A stretch of DNA of 32,702 nucleotides from a virus. The notes under the pieces were generated by a model. That model was not told the origin of the DNA. It was given only the letters and a program-made list of their open reading frames with translations, and searched no databases. Each line of letters opens with the position of its first letter. Position 1 is the stretch's first letter. Both the position numbers and the translations under genes were made by a program. The stretch lies in the UHGV virus genome UHGV-1394528; one strand, 5' to 3'. Shown here in pieces: positions 18,239-26,740 of the stretch.

Positions 18239-19519
18239 TCACTGGTTAATCTGGCCTTCGTCAAATCTACAACGTCCAGGCTCGAATCCCACCTCGAATT
18301 GCAGGAGCGACTCTTTACCAGACAGCGCCATCTTGTTCTTAGGAGTACTGATACCTCGGACGTTTTGCATATGCGGCTGCTCGTTTCTGTCCAAGCACCC
18401 CATCATAATCGCCAAGTCCAAGGCACCCTGTACACCAATCTTGCTCTGCTTCATAGCAGTGAGCGGCGGGAACAGCATGTTGTAACCTTCGAGTGAAAGC
18501 TGCATAGTCCCTACGATAGCGCAGTCGTTCTCGCACCCAAGGATGCGCAGCTCCTGCCATTTCGCCTCGAGATTCTGGTGCTCACTCTCCATAGTGCCGC
18601 CACGGATATTCGCCACCATGTCGATGATGATTACCGCGGGGCGCATCTCCTCCATGAGTGTGGATATCTGCGCCATCGTCAAGGAGTGCGCAGCCTTTAC
18701 ACGAATCCGGTCAGCCCTGCCTACTTTCTTGAGGTAGGCTGGCACGAACTCTTGCTTACTGTGCCTGTCCTTAATCTCCGCCAGAGTCCAATGCAGCGCC
18801 GCTTGATATACCCTCGGCACTGTACGCGTCGCCGGACCCTCGTTAACCAGCCAGAGAATCGGGCGGTCCCCGTATACTTCCGGCTGCTGCTGCATCTGCT
18901 CAGCAAAGTCCACAGCAATAGCAGCAAGCAGGCTAGTTTTACCAGAGTCCACAGGAGCAGCCACTGCGATGCAGTCCCCGCCGCGTAGACCTCGGATGCT
19001 GCTAGCGAGTTGCTCGAACACGCCCAGTTTAAGACCACCGCTCTCGTCAGTCGCGGCAAGTATTTCGTCAACACTTCCGCTCTCCCATTCAAGCAGCGAC
19101 TCGTGCACTGCAGCACCGTCTCCGTACTTGCGCTGCAGGTGCTTCATTTCCAGTAGGTAATCAATCTCCTCGCCGTCTTGGTAGCGCTGCGTCAGCGCCG
19201 CCACCTCTCCGCTGTAGGCCAGCTCATTCAGGGTCTGGACAATCCCCACCACAGAATCCTGCGGTACGGCTTGTACTCCCCGCATAAGCTCGTCCATGAT
19301 TACCCGCTCTTCCCGGGATAGGTGTCCCGCCCGGAGATTGAGCATGCTCTGCATTGCATCCCACTGAACCTCCTGGTGCTCCGGGTACGTGTTCCAGTAC
19401 AACCCCACCCAGTCTAGTAGGTTCGACGTATCCGGCGCGAGCATGCTCTTAGGTATCTGCTCTCGCAAGCGAGTCCACACTTTCTGCGTGCACATAGCAC
19501 GAACAACTATTAGGTCCAA
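18239..19519 (-). CDS. DnaB-like replicative DNA helicase (T7 gp4 helicase-domain-like)
   Basis: 426 aa; Walker A GDCIAVAAPVDSGKTSLLA, Walker B-like AVIIIDMV; no primase domain. Confidence 0.8.
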   Translation of the reverse strand: MDLIVVRAMCTQKVWTRLREQIPKSMLAPDTSNLLDWVGLYWNTYPEHQEVQWDAMQSMLNLRAGHLSREERVIMDELMRGVQAVPQDSVVGIVQTLNELAYSGEVAALTQRYQDGEEIDYLLEMKHLQRKYGDGAAVHESLLEWESGSVDEILAATDESGGLKLGVFEQLASSIRGLRGGDCIAVAAPVDSGKTSLLAAIAVDFAEQMQQQPEVYGDRPILWLVNEGPATRTVPRVYQAALHWTLAEIKDRHSKQEFVPAYLKKVGRADRIRVKAAHSLTMAQISTLMEEMRPAVIIIDMVANIRGGTMESEHQNLEAKWQELRILGCENDCAIVGTMQLSLEGYNMLFPPLTAMKQSKIGVQGALDLAIMMGCLDRNEQPHMQNVRGISTPKNKMALSGKESLLQFEVGFEPGRCRFDEGQINQ

Positions 19520-19957
19520 TTATAGCCTCCAAGTTTTAGCTTTCAACACACCGTGCACTGCTGACACACTCACGCCAAGGCTGGCAGCTATAGCCGGTAT
19601 ACCGTGCTCCCTGCCGTACCGTCTGTAGTTCTCCCTGATATAGCCCACCTGTTGCTCCGTTAGCTTGGAGTACCCATTATGCTCTCCTTTAGAAACCCCG
19701 CGTTTAGCCCTACCCCTGGCAATACAGTCATGGACGTTATCCTTGACCGTACCTAATTCTAAATGCTCGGGATTAATGCATCTCGGGTTGTCACACTTAT
19801 GGCGCACAACTAGCCCCACTATGCTCTCCGGAGATATATCGTTCGCCGAGCAATACACCTTTCTATGCAGGGGTATCTTCCGCCCTTTGAACGTGGTATT
19901 TCCGTAACCCTTTGGTCCGCCTTTCTGTTTGTGCTCTTTACACGCGCCTAATACCAT
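19520..19957 (-). CDS. HNH homing endonuclease
   Basis: VVRHKCDNPRCINPEHLELGTVKDNVHDCIARGR motif plus C-terminal HTH-like segment; sits between primase and helicase genes, overlapping primase 3' end by 20 nt. Confidence 0.8.
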   Translation of the reverse strand: MVLGACKEHKQKGGPKGYGNTTFKGRKIPLHRKVYCSANDISPESIVGLVVRHKCDNPRCINPEHLELGTVKDNVHDCIARGRAKRGVSKGEHNGYSKLTEQQVGYIRENYRRYGREHGIPAIAASLGVSVSAVHGVLKAKTWRL

Positions 19958-20729
19958 CTAATAACTCCTGTATTGTTGCCTCTTTTGGGTCCCCGTCGTA
20001 GTAGATTTCGTGGCACGACATAAAGGGACGTAGCGCGCGCCGTATCATGGCCGCGCCGGAGTGTCCCGCTTGGTCATTATCCAGGGACAGTATCACTGTC
20101 GGTTTGTTCTGTATCAGCCACGCCCTTAACTGCACGGGCAAGCGAGTACCCAGCATAGCTATAGCCTGCACGTTCATTGCAGAGTAGTTCGTAATCGCGT
20201 GCTGATATTTGATCGCTGATAGATAGTCCTCGGTGAGCACGACCTTTAGAGGTGCGGCCGCAGCTACATCCGGCGCTACGGCAGGTGCCGCGGCAGCGAA
20301 CGGCATTGGCTGGCCGTACATTACCCACTTCGGTTGCTGTCGGGCATGCACTGCACGGCCCAGAGCAGCGCTTCCGACACGGAATATTATCCGCTGTTTC
20401 TCTTTGCTCCATTCTGCATCCTCCACCATTTCAGGCATGATTCCCTTTGTGGTCAGGAATCCGTAAAGAAAACTCTGCGTTTCCGCAGGCGCTTGGCTAA
20501 TGCAAATTGCATCTGCAGGTGCAGAGGGCTGCACCCTCGGCTCTTCCTGTAACTGTATGCGCTGGTACTGCTTGTGCTCCTTGCCCACCTGTTTGCAGCG
20601 GTGGCAATAATATTCCCAGGCATCCGGGTTATTGTAGAGCACCCCGGCGGCGTCCCTGCCGCAGCACCGAAAGCGCGCCCTCTGCCCAACGGCCAGGCGC
20701 TTGCACGCTCTAAGCCAGGGCTGGTCCAT
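19938..20729 (-). CDS. DNA primase (zinc-ribbon + TOPRIM)
   Basis: Cys4 zinc ribbon (FRCCGRD...YCHRCK) followed by TOPRIM-like VVLTEDYLSA ... SLDNDQAG. Confidence 0.7.
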   Translation of the reverse strand: MDQPWLRACKRLAVGQRARFRCCGRDAAGVLYNNPDAWEYYCHRCKQVGKEHKQYQRIQLQEEPRVQPSAPADAICISQAPAETQSFLYGFLTTKGIMPEMVEDAEWSKEKQRIIFRVGSAALGRAVHARQQPKWVMYGQPMPFAAAAPAVAPDVAAAAPLKVVLTEDYLSAIKYQHAITNYSAMNVQAIAMLGTRLPVQLRAWLIQNKPTVILSLDNDQAGHSGAAMIRRALRPFMSCHEIYYDGDPKEATIQELLDGIRRV

Positions 20730-21181
20730 TACTGAATCTCTCGCTTAACTTTCATAGCCATTCGACGAATGTCATGTGCCAACTGCAGGGCTGAATCGGG
20801 GCTCATATTAATACCAATCTCTCGCTCTGCCCGGGTGCTGCCTTTTCTAGGCACTATTCCGATGTATAGTAGTCCTTCGTTAGTCTCGCTGTCCTTTTCT
20901 AATACCAGCCGCTGGTCGTTTCCTGGGTCTCGTTTAGTGTTTAAATATGCTACACTAGACGGAACCGGTGGCAGCTCGTCCGCCTCCTCGATTAGCTGCC
21001 AGAAGTCGGCAGAGCCGCCATAGATATCCCCGGCATAATGAATCCCTGCGCCTTCGGTTAGCTTGGTGTCTATATAGAGGCCAGGCCCCTTAGTGACTAT
21101 CTCGCCGCGCACGGTCTTACCTTCAATCTTATTGATGCGCTGAACCTTATCACCTACTTTAAAAAGTTTAGACATAATCAA
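20729..21181 (-). CDS. hypothetical protein, 150 aa
   Basis: Track ORF; N-terminal KVGDKVQRI...GKTVRGEIV (SH3/KOW-like pattern); overlaps both neighbours. Confidence 0.5.
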   Translation of the reverse strand: MIMSKLFKVGDKVQRINKIEGKTVRGEIVTKGPGLYIDTKLTEGAGIHYAGDIYGGSADFWQLIEEADELPPVPSSVAYLNTKRDPGNDQRLVLEKDSETNEGLLYIGIVPRKGSTRAEREIGINMSPDSALQLAHDIRRMAMKVKREIQ

Positions 21182-22230
21182 CCCTCCACAATATTATCGT
21201 ATCCGCCCCAGTCTTCTACGACTCGGGTGCCTAGTTCAATCAGTTCTTCTTTAAAGCCGTAATCGGAGAACACCATTATGTACTCCGCCGCCTTCTCTGG
21301 ATTCTCCTGTACCCAGCTAACCAGTTGTTGTTTAGAAAGCTGCGATACTTCCCGGAACGCGGCCAGTAACTGCGGGTCCTCGTCCGGCGGCATATCCCAC
21401 GGCTGCCGTAAACTGAGCGTCGATGCAGCGGGCCACTGGCATAGGTCTGGCTCTGCTACTGCCGGGTCCCGCTCAATAGGGAGGTGCGAGAACGTGCCGT
21501 CTTGTAGTACCCGCTCAAGCACCTGGCCCAGTATGTTCAGGTCCAGCACCTCATCCGGGGTGTGCTCGTGCATGTACCCTACACCGACGTTGGTGCACTC
21601 AGGGATGATGCCGACGAACTCGGCTGAGTCAGTATACACACCCTTTTGTAAGTGCTGCTCCGTGCGTCCTAGGCGCTCTGCCAGAGTCTTGGCAAAGGTA
21701 TCAGAGCAGCAGCGCATGTACCGCTGGTGCGTAATGATACCATCTCCGCGGCGGTCAAAGCTAATCATCGCCTTGACACCAGTCCAAAATCCAGTGTCAT
21801 CCTTGACCGATGCAGCGCTGCCTTCGCAGCCCACCTCTTCATCCACGAAGAAGCAGTAGCGTCCGCGCACACCTCGCCGCAGCATCTCCAGCATCAGGTA
21901 GATACCGGCGCCGCAGTCTGCGCCCAAGCAGTCAGCTTGCTGCGGATTCTTTACGAACAGTACACCCTTGTTAGTGCAACCAACGTCCGGCGCGGCGCTG
22001 GTTGGTCGGGCCACCGTATCGAGGTGCGAAGTAAACGCAACGTCGCTTTGCTCTGAGCCCCCCGCCAGCACGAAGTAGTTCCCGTGCTTGTCCTTTACGT
22101 AGTGCATATCACTACCCAGCGCCCACTCAAGCAGCGGCTCAAACCACTTAGTGCTACCCCAGCTAGGCCGGTGCGTTTGTAGTATCTGCAAGAGCAGCTG
22201 CATATCAATCCCGTGCGGATTCAAGAACAT
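21178..22230 (-). CDS. M28/M20-like (clan MH) zinc metallohydrolase-like protein
   Basis: Metal-ligand pattern in canonical order and spacing: H69-x-D71 (HLDTV), D105 (GADCGAG), E131-E132 (DEEVG), D158/D162, H220/H222 (GYMHEH); about 120-aa C-terminal extension. Confidence 0.55.
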   Translation of the reverse strand: MFLNPHGIDMQLLLQILQTHRPSWGSTKWFEPLLEWALGSDMHYVKDKHGNYFVLAGGSEQSDVAFTSHLDTVARPTSAAPDVGCTNKGVLFVKNPQQADCLGADCGAGIYLMLEMLRRGVRGRYCFFVDEEVGCEGSAASVKDDTGFWTGVKAMISFDRRGDGIITHQRYMRCCSDTFAKTLAERLGRTEQHLQKGVYTDSAEFVGIIPECTNVGVGYMHEHTPDEVLDLNILGQVLERVLQDGTFSHLPIERDPAVAEPDLCQWPAASTLSLRQPWDMPPDEDPQLLAAFREVSQLSKQQLVSWVQENPEKAAEYIMVFSDYGFKEELIELGTRVVEDWGGYDNIVEG

Positions 22231-23912
22231 TAAGCTGCCTCCTCTGCTTCTTCTTCATCTTCATCGTTGCCCAGGTACTTCTCTCCCAAGCAATCAGCTG
22301 CATGCTCAGTGAGAATTAACCCGTGCACTGGGTGTTCTTCTGCGTGCTCAATAAGCACTTGCCGGTCCTGTGCAAACACCAGTTCCTCTTGGTCGTGCAC
22401 TACACCCTCTACTGCGCAGCGCTCTATGTCCTCGTCGTATACATAGGCGTCGTGGTAATCAGACCAGGTGCAGCTCCAGCGATTATGCAGACCATCACGC
22501 CCAACTACGTACACAAAATCCCCTTCTTCTACGCAGCCGTCGCAGACCATATCACCATCTGCGGTCTCCTGCATGTCATCTACAGAGTAGCGACATTCAC
22601 AGCAGCAGCACCGAGCAGACTCAGTGCCTACGTAGATGTATCCTTCTGAGTCTTGTGCCTCGTACCCATAAGCATCACGGATTACAAAGGCATCATCCCC
22701 ATACTCATCTACGCCGCACTGGCTGCTATCTAGGTATGGCATCAGCACTGCGCCGTTGTATGTTGGGTGCGGTATTCGCGCCAGCATTACCCCTTCGAGA
22801 CATTCAATGTTTTTGGTGTACCTATGCCCCCGCAGGATTGCATCCGCAGCGTTGCCGTAAGCGCGGACGTACTCGTTAGTTTCTGTGTTAACGATTGCCC
22901 GTGCCTGCACTTCGAAATCGTCGCCGAACAGCTCCCCGGTGTACTGGATGAACAGGCGCAGCCCATTATCCGGCAACCCGTGGCTGGTGGTAGCGTACGT
23001 CCGCACAGAGCTATGCTCAAATGAGTACCCGCTCATGCAGCTACCCGGGCCATTCTCGTAGGCGTCGTACCATTCCTGCTCGGTCTTGCACAGGTACGTT
23101 GTAGGGTCTACGTTCATAGCCTTGAGGTCTTCGATAGCATCGCGGAAGTCCACACCATTTCCGTAGTAGTTAGCGAGCCACTTACCTACGCGCATCTCTA
23201 CGCAGCGGTACTCAGTAACTGCTGCGAAGTCCTTGTGCATCCGCGGCTGCCCCAGCATCACGATAGGTTCGCCGTTGCGGAAACCAAAGCCCAAAGGCAC
23301 GGCGAATCTAGACACTACGAAGCCGTGCAACTTCATGAGCAGCGCAGCTAAGTTGCCATCGCGGGTGTGGCGGCCGTAATCGTAGCCAGTGTATAAGCGG
23401 CGCTGCTGCTCTTCTGGTGCAAGCATGATGCGCTCAAATAACTGCACGGCCTGCTTGTGCACCTTGTAACCTGTGAATTCTTCGACGCAAGCAACTACGC
23501 GCTCAACCACTACATCCTCGCCCTCATAGAAGTCGCGGCGGCGTTCCCAGAACTTGCTGTCTATGGTGATTCGCACCGGTTCAAAGAGTTCGCAGAAAGT
23601 TCCGGACCGGTACAGGTCCACCTTTTGCAACGGGCCGAGCGTCATCGTTGATTCGCGATACTCTGGGTGCAGTGCCCCGCCTATAGTCACCTCTAAGCCT
23701 GGAGTGTGCGCACTGACAGTGCGGAGACCCATAAGCACCTGCAGCGGACCCTCAGTGTGGGGATGGTCCTCCCCTTGCATTTGCAAGTCCTGGAACGGGG
23801 TCCAGTAATCACCGCTGGAATACATTGATTCTTTAATCGGCAGTGCGTTTGCACCTTCCGGTAACACTACTTTCCATTCGATAGGTGCTGTGTTAGTTTC
23901 TTGCATTTTCAT
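22230..23912 (-). CDS. large hypothetical protein with Cys cluster and acidic C-terminal tail
   Basis: Track ORF 22230..24200 (656 aa) trimmed to Met97 (ATG 23910-23912, SD GGGAG); the first 96 codons are Ser/Leu/Pro-rich and overlap the more protein-like 114-aa ORF. Contains CCCCECRY...CDGC and C-terminal NDEDEEEAEEAA; stop overlaps next ATG (TAATG). Confidence 0.6.
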   Translation of the reverse strand: MKMQETNTAPIEWKVVLPEGANALPIKESMYSSGDYWTPFQDLQMQGEDHPHTEGPLQVLMGLRTVSAHTPGLEVTIGGALHPEYRESTMTLGPLQKVDLYRSGTFCELFEPVRITIDSKFWERRRDFYEGEDVVVERVVACVEEFTGYKVHKQAVQLFERIMLAPEEQQRRLYTGYDYGRHTRDGNLAALLMKLHGFVVSRFAVPLGFGFRNGEPIVMLGQPRMHKDFAAVTEYRCVEMRVGKWLANYYGNGVDFRDAIEDLKAMNVDPTTYLCKTEQEWYDAYENGPGSCMSGYSFEHSSVRTYATTSHGLPDNGLRLFIQYTGELFGDDFEVQARAIVNTETNEYVRAYGNAADAILRGHRYTKNIECLEGVMLARIPHPTYNGAVLMPYLDSSQCGVDEYGDDAFVIRDAYGYEAQDSEGYIYVGTESARCCCCECRYSVDDMQETADGDMVCDGCVEEGDFVYVVGRDGLHNRWSCTWSDYHDAYVYDEDIERCAVEGVVHDQEELVFAQDRQVLIEHAEEHPVHGLILTEHAADCLGEKYLGNDEDEEEAEEAA

Positions 23913-23952
23913 TTGCTCCCGAGTTAATAGAACTTCGTCATGCACTAAGAGT

Positions 23953-24297
23953 TCAGCGTGCGTACCACGCGGAGAGTTGTTGCTGCTTATAATAGGCGCG
24001 GACTGCGGCTCTAAATTGCTTAAAAGCTCCGCGGTATCCATTCCGCCGTAGTGCTGCAACCACATCGAATGCAATGTGCTCTTGCAGCTTCCGCGCGGCA
24101 GACTCAGTGTACTCTCGATAGGTTGTGAGAACAGTGCCAATATCCTCTTTTCTAACTCGGAGTAATCGACGCTCAACTGGCACGATTTGCTTGAGTTCAT
24201 TAGGAACCTCTTTGAATGTTTCCCAAGTGCAACCGCACTTGCCCTGCGTTTCCAGCAGACGCCAGCACAGCAGCGCTGTTTCGTCTACTGTGAGCAT
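23953..24297 (-). CDS. hypothetical protein, 114 aa
   Basis: Track ORF, charged K/E/R-rich composition. Confidence 0.45.
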   Translation of the reverse strand: MLTVDETALLCWRLLETQGKCGCTWETFKEVPNELKQIVPVERRLLRVRKEDIGTVLTTYREYTESAARKLQEHIAFDVVAALRRNGYRGAFKQFRAAVRAYYKQQQLSAWYAR

Positions 24298-24503
24298 GCG
24301 CTATCCTTGAATACCACGTTGCGGGCCACAAGGGTGCTACAACTTAGCATTACCACCCCGCCAACTGTGTGACTGGACGGCAACCACAGTCTAGTCTCCT
24401 CTGCATAGAATTCTGCGAGGGCGTGCAGTGGACTAAATAGAGGTACCCGGTAAAGAAACCCATTAGGGCGCTTATATACGTCATAAATGTCCTGCTTGCT
24501 CAT
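24285..24503 (-). CDS. hypothetical protein, 72 aa
   Basis: Track ORF; ATG overlaps upstream stop (ATGA). Confidence 0.45.
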   Translation of the reverse strand: MSKQDIYDVYKRPNGFLYRVPLFSPLHALAEFYAEETRLWLPSSHTVGGVVMLSCSTLVARNVVFKDSACSQ

Positions 24504-24679
24504 ACTACACCCCGCACATTAAACCGGAAGCAGTAGCCGCGCAGGGTCATACCCAGGCGCTTTGCTTGTTTCTCATAGTGCTGGCGCAGCGCTGCCTTCG
24601 CGTTGTACTCCCGCGCCAGCCCGTCGATTGTTGGTTGCTGCTTACGCATCAGCAGCGTTTCAGGATTCTTTCCGTGCAT
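24500..24679 (-). CDS. hypothetical small basic protein, 59 aa (not in ORF track)
   Basis: Read by eye: MHGKNPETLLMRKQQPTIDGLAREYNAKAALRQHYEKQAKRLGMTLRGYCFRFNVRGVV; SD GAGGTG with 5-nt spacer; stop overlaps next ATG. Confidence 0.4.
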   Translation of the reverse strand: MHGKNPETLLMRKQQPTIDGLAREYNAKAALRQHYEKQAKRLGMTLRGYCFRFNVRGVV

Positions 24680-24688
24680 GCCCCCACC

Positions 24689-24982
24689 TCAAATTTCGTT
24701 ATTGCTCTTACCATCCACCGTGAGCGTTACCGCAGCGTCCTGGTACTGCTCCTGCACCGCCGCAAGGATACGTGCGCCCAGCTCTTTGCAACCACCCTCG
24801 GGGTCTTCAAATAGGTCGTACTCAGGGCGCGGCTGCGGCTCCTGCGTTGCCGGTTGCTGCAACTGCACAGTGCAGTATGGGATTGGGTTGTTTATGTCGT
24901 TGCCCAGCACCAGCATAGCGCTGGTCACAATGATGTTGAATACATTAACCATAAAGTTGTCTCCAGTCGTTGATAATGCCAA
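24689..24982 (-). CDS. hypothetical protein, 97 aa (N-terminal hydrophobic segment)
   Basis: Track ORF; may start at Met11. Confidence 0.45.
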   Translation of the reverse strand: MALSTTGDNFMVNVFNIIVTSAMLVLGNDINNPIPYCTVQLQQPATQEPQPRPEYDLFEDPEGGCKELGARILAAVQEQYQDAAVTLTVDGKSNNEI

Positions 24983-25178
24983 GATTCACGGCGTCCAGCA
25001 CAGTGCGGGCAGCCATTTCGGTGTAGGTATCCACAAATTCTAAAGGGGATTCCTGATTAGTGTCTTTGTCAGAAAATATGACCACAGTGTAGTTGTATTC
25101 TGCGTATACCCGATTGCACCACACGGGCCAGAGTTCATGGCCCGGATAGACCAGTATTGCTTTCATATGAAACCTCAT
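24945..25178 (-). CDS. hypothetical early protein, about 73-77 aa
   Basis: Track ORF; likely start at Met5 (SD GAGG); palindromic motif B 13-25 nt upstream. Confidence 0.5.
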   Translation of the reverse strand: MRFHMKAILVYPGHELWPVWCNRVYAEYNYTVVIFSDKDTNQESPLEFVDTYTEMAARTVLDAVNLGIINDWRQLYG

Positions 25179-25227
25179 ACGCCAGTTGCATTCACATAGC
25201 GCCCCGCAGGACGCTATAGGCTTGCTA

Positions 25228-25299
25228 CTAGAGATATTCGCCCACCACTACAAATAACAGCACCACCGCCGTTATGATAACCATGAATTCTACGCTCAT
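25228..25299 (-). CDS. hydrophobic micro-ORF, 23 aa (not in ORF track)
   Basis: Read by eye: MSVEFMVIITAVVLLFVVVGEYL; ATG overlaps stop of the 191-aa gene (ATGA). Confidence 0.25.
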   Translation of the reverse strand: MSVEFMVIITAVVLLFVVVGEYL

Positions 25300-25871
25300 G
25301 CCGCCGCCTTCAAAGTTGCGTCCAGTACAGCGCGTACATCCACGCCCTGCGATACCAGCATAGACACGAGGTCAGCGTCGCTTACACCAGTCTCTTTTGC
25401 CTTCTTGATAGCGTTTTTAACGCGCCCCAGCGCTTGCAAGCGCACTGCATCGGCATCCAGCGCGTCATTCTTTACCTGCTCCGCTTCGGCAGCGTACAGG
25501 GCCATACAGGAGCTATAGAAGCTGGCTACAATTACTTCGCGCTCCTGCTTGTCAGCTTGTTTATAGTCCAGACGCATAGTGTCCAGTTCGATGCCCAGCT
25601 TCTCAGCAGACGCATAGCACTTCTTCGCGTTGAATTCGTATTTGCCGGACTCCTTGTTGAACTTGATAGGCAGCAGCGTACGCAGCACCATATCGAAGTC
25701 CGCGGCATCGCTGCGCTGCATATCCATAGCCCAGGAAACGTTGCTGCTAATCAGGCCGTGGAAGAGCGCGCTAATAGTGATGTTGCGCTTTGCTTCCACT
25801 ACGTCGCCCAGCGCTTTACGAATGCTGCCCGCAGCGGTGAGCTTGAATACTTTACCAGTTGAATGGGTCAT
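25296..25871 (-). CDS. hypothetical early protein, 191 aa (first sizeable gene after the leader)
   Basis: Track ORF; SD AGAGGTG with 5-nt spacer; palindromic motif A about 37 nt upstream. Confidence 0.6.
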   Translation of the reverse strand: MTHSTGKVFKLTAAGSIRKALGDVVEAKRNITISALFHGLISSNVSWAMDMQRSDAADFDMVLRTLLPIKFNKESGKYEFNAKKCYASAEKLGIELDTMRLDYKQADKQEREVIVASFYSSCMALYAAEAEQVKNDALDADAVRLQALGRVKNAIKKAKETGVSDADLVSMLVSQGVDVRAVLDATLKAAA

Positions 25872-25942
25872 AATGCACCTCTTTGATTGGTTGTTTAGGT
25901 AATTACTTCACATAGCACCCCGTAGGATGCTATAGGCTGTAA

Positions 25943-26140
25943 TTATCGACCAAATTGGGAGTTAACAGTAGGCCATCCAGATGGCTGCCTGCTACTGCCC
26001 TTTTGTTTTTGCTTTCCCCTCACCCTGTGCTCACTGCTCAACCCTTGTTTGCTAGGCTTCACAGTAAGCGGCACGTCGTCGGTGGGATTCAGTGATAATT
26101 GCATATTCCGCCGTAATGCTAAACGCTTTGATTTGCGCAT
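25943..26140 (-). CDS. possible small basic protein, 65 aa
   Basis: Track ORF with good SD (GAGAGG, 8-nt spacer) but low-complexity R/K/S-rich sequence; may be non-coding leader. Confidence 0.25.
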   Translation of the reverse strand: MRKSKRLALRRNMQLSLNPTDDVPLTVKPSKQGLSSEHRVRGKQKQKGSSRQPSGWPTVNSQFGR

Positions 26141-26490
26141 ACTCTTACCTCTCAGAGAACATAATCTAGCGCAACCTTGTTACTGCTGCGCTATGTTATA
26201 TGCTCTTTGCGGGATACACTCCGCGCCTTGTTCCCTCGATTCAGAGGAGCGAGCTGCTCTCGCCTCGACAGTGTGGTTTGTCTCAGAACCCCGGTGATAA
26301 CGTCCGGCACGTTTACTCTTTAACTGATTGTCTAGGGGTGGGTCGTCAACGTACCAGTCAAGGTACTGGGCCTCCCCGCAAACCAGCTTACTACTAAACC
26401 TTTAAGAGGTCATTTTTAACGTCTAGCCTAATCCGACGGGACACACATCCTTGCGCCCTAGAGTGGTTATCCTTGCCTTGTTCGCTATCT

Positions 26491-26519
26491 AAGTTACTCA
26501 GTGAATCAGAACTTGTCAA
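26491..26519 (-). promoter_or_regulatory. candidate sigma70 early promoter (downstream of tandem pair)
   Basis: Minus strand: -35 TTGACA (26519-26514), 17-bp spacer, -10 TAACTT (26496-26491). Confidence 0.35.
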
Positions 26520-26559
26520 GCGTTTATTTCTTACTGCCTTACTGCTTACTTCGGGATTC

Positions 26560-26588
26560 AATCTAGCTTATGTTCTTCGCGGTGTCAA
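26560..26588 (-). promoter_or_regulatory. candidate sigma70 early promoter (upstream of tandem pair)
   Basis: Minus strand: -35 TTGACA (26588-26583), 17-bp spacer, -10 TAGATT (26565-26560). Confidence 0.4.
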
Positions 26589-26740
26589 CTCTTTTTATTG
26601 AGTGTCTAACCCTTCACACTATCTAGCTTTAATCCGGCTGAATCTCCCGACTCTGCCCCGGTTAGCGCCTCAGTGCCTCCCGGTGATTGAACTATAGCCC
26701 TATTGAACCAAAAGAAGCAAGTACTTTTTTAAACTTTTTA

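Noticed and set aside
21278-22056. Plus-strand ORFs of 193 and 109 aa
   Set aside because: Antisense to the metallohydrolase-like gene; Ser/Cys/Arg-rich composition typical of non-coding frames.
23913-24200. N-terminal 96 codons of the 656-aa ORF
   Set aside because: Ser/Leu/Pro-rich, overlaps a more protein-like ORF in another frame; an internal ATG with a GGGAG SD is the more plausible start. Kept as an alternative in the feature note.
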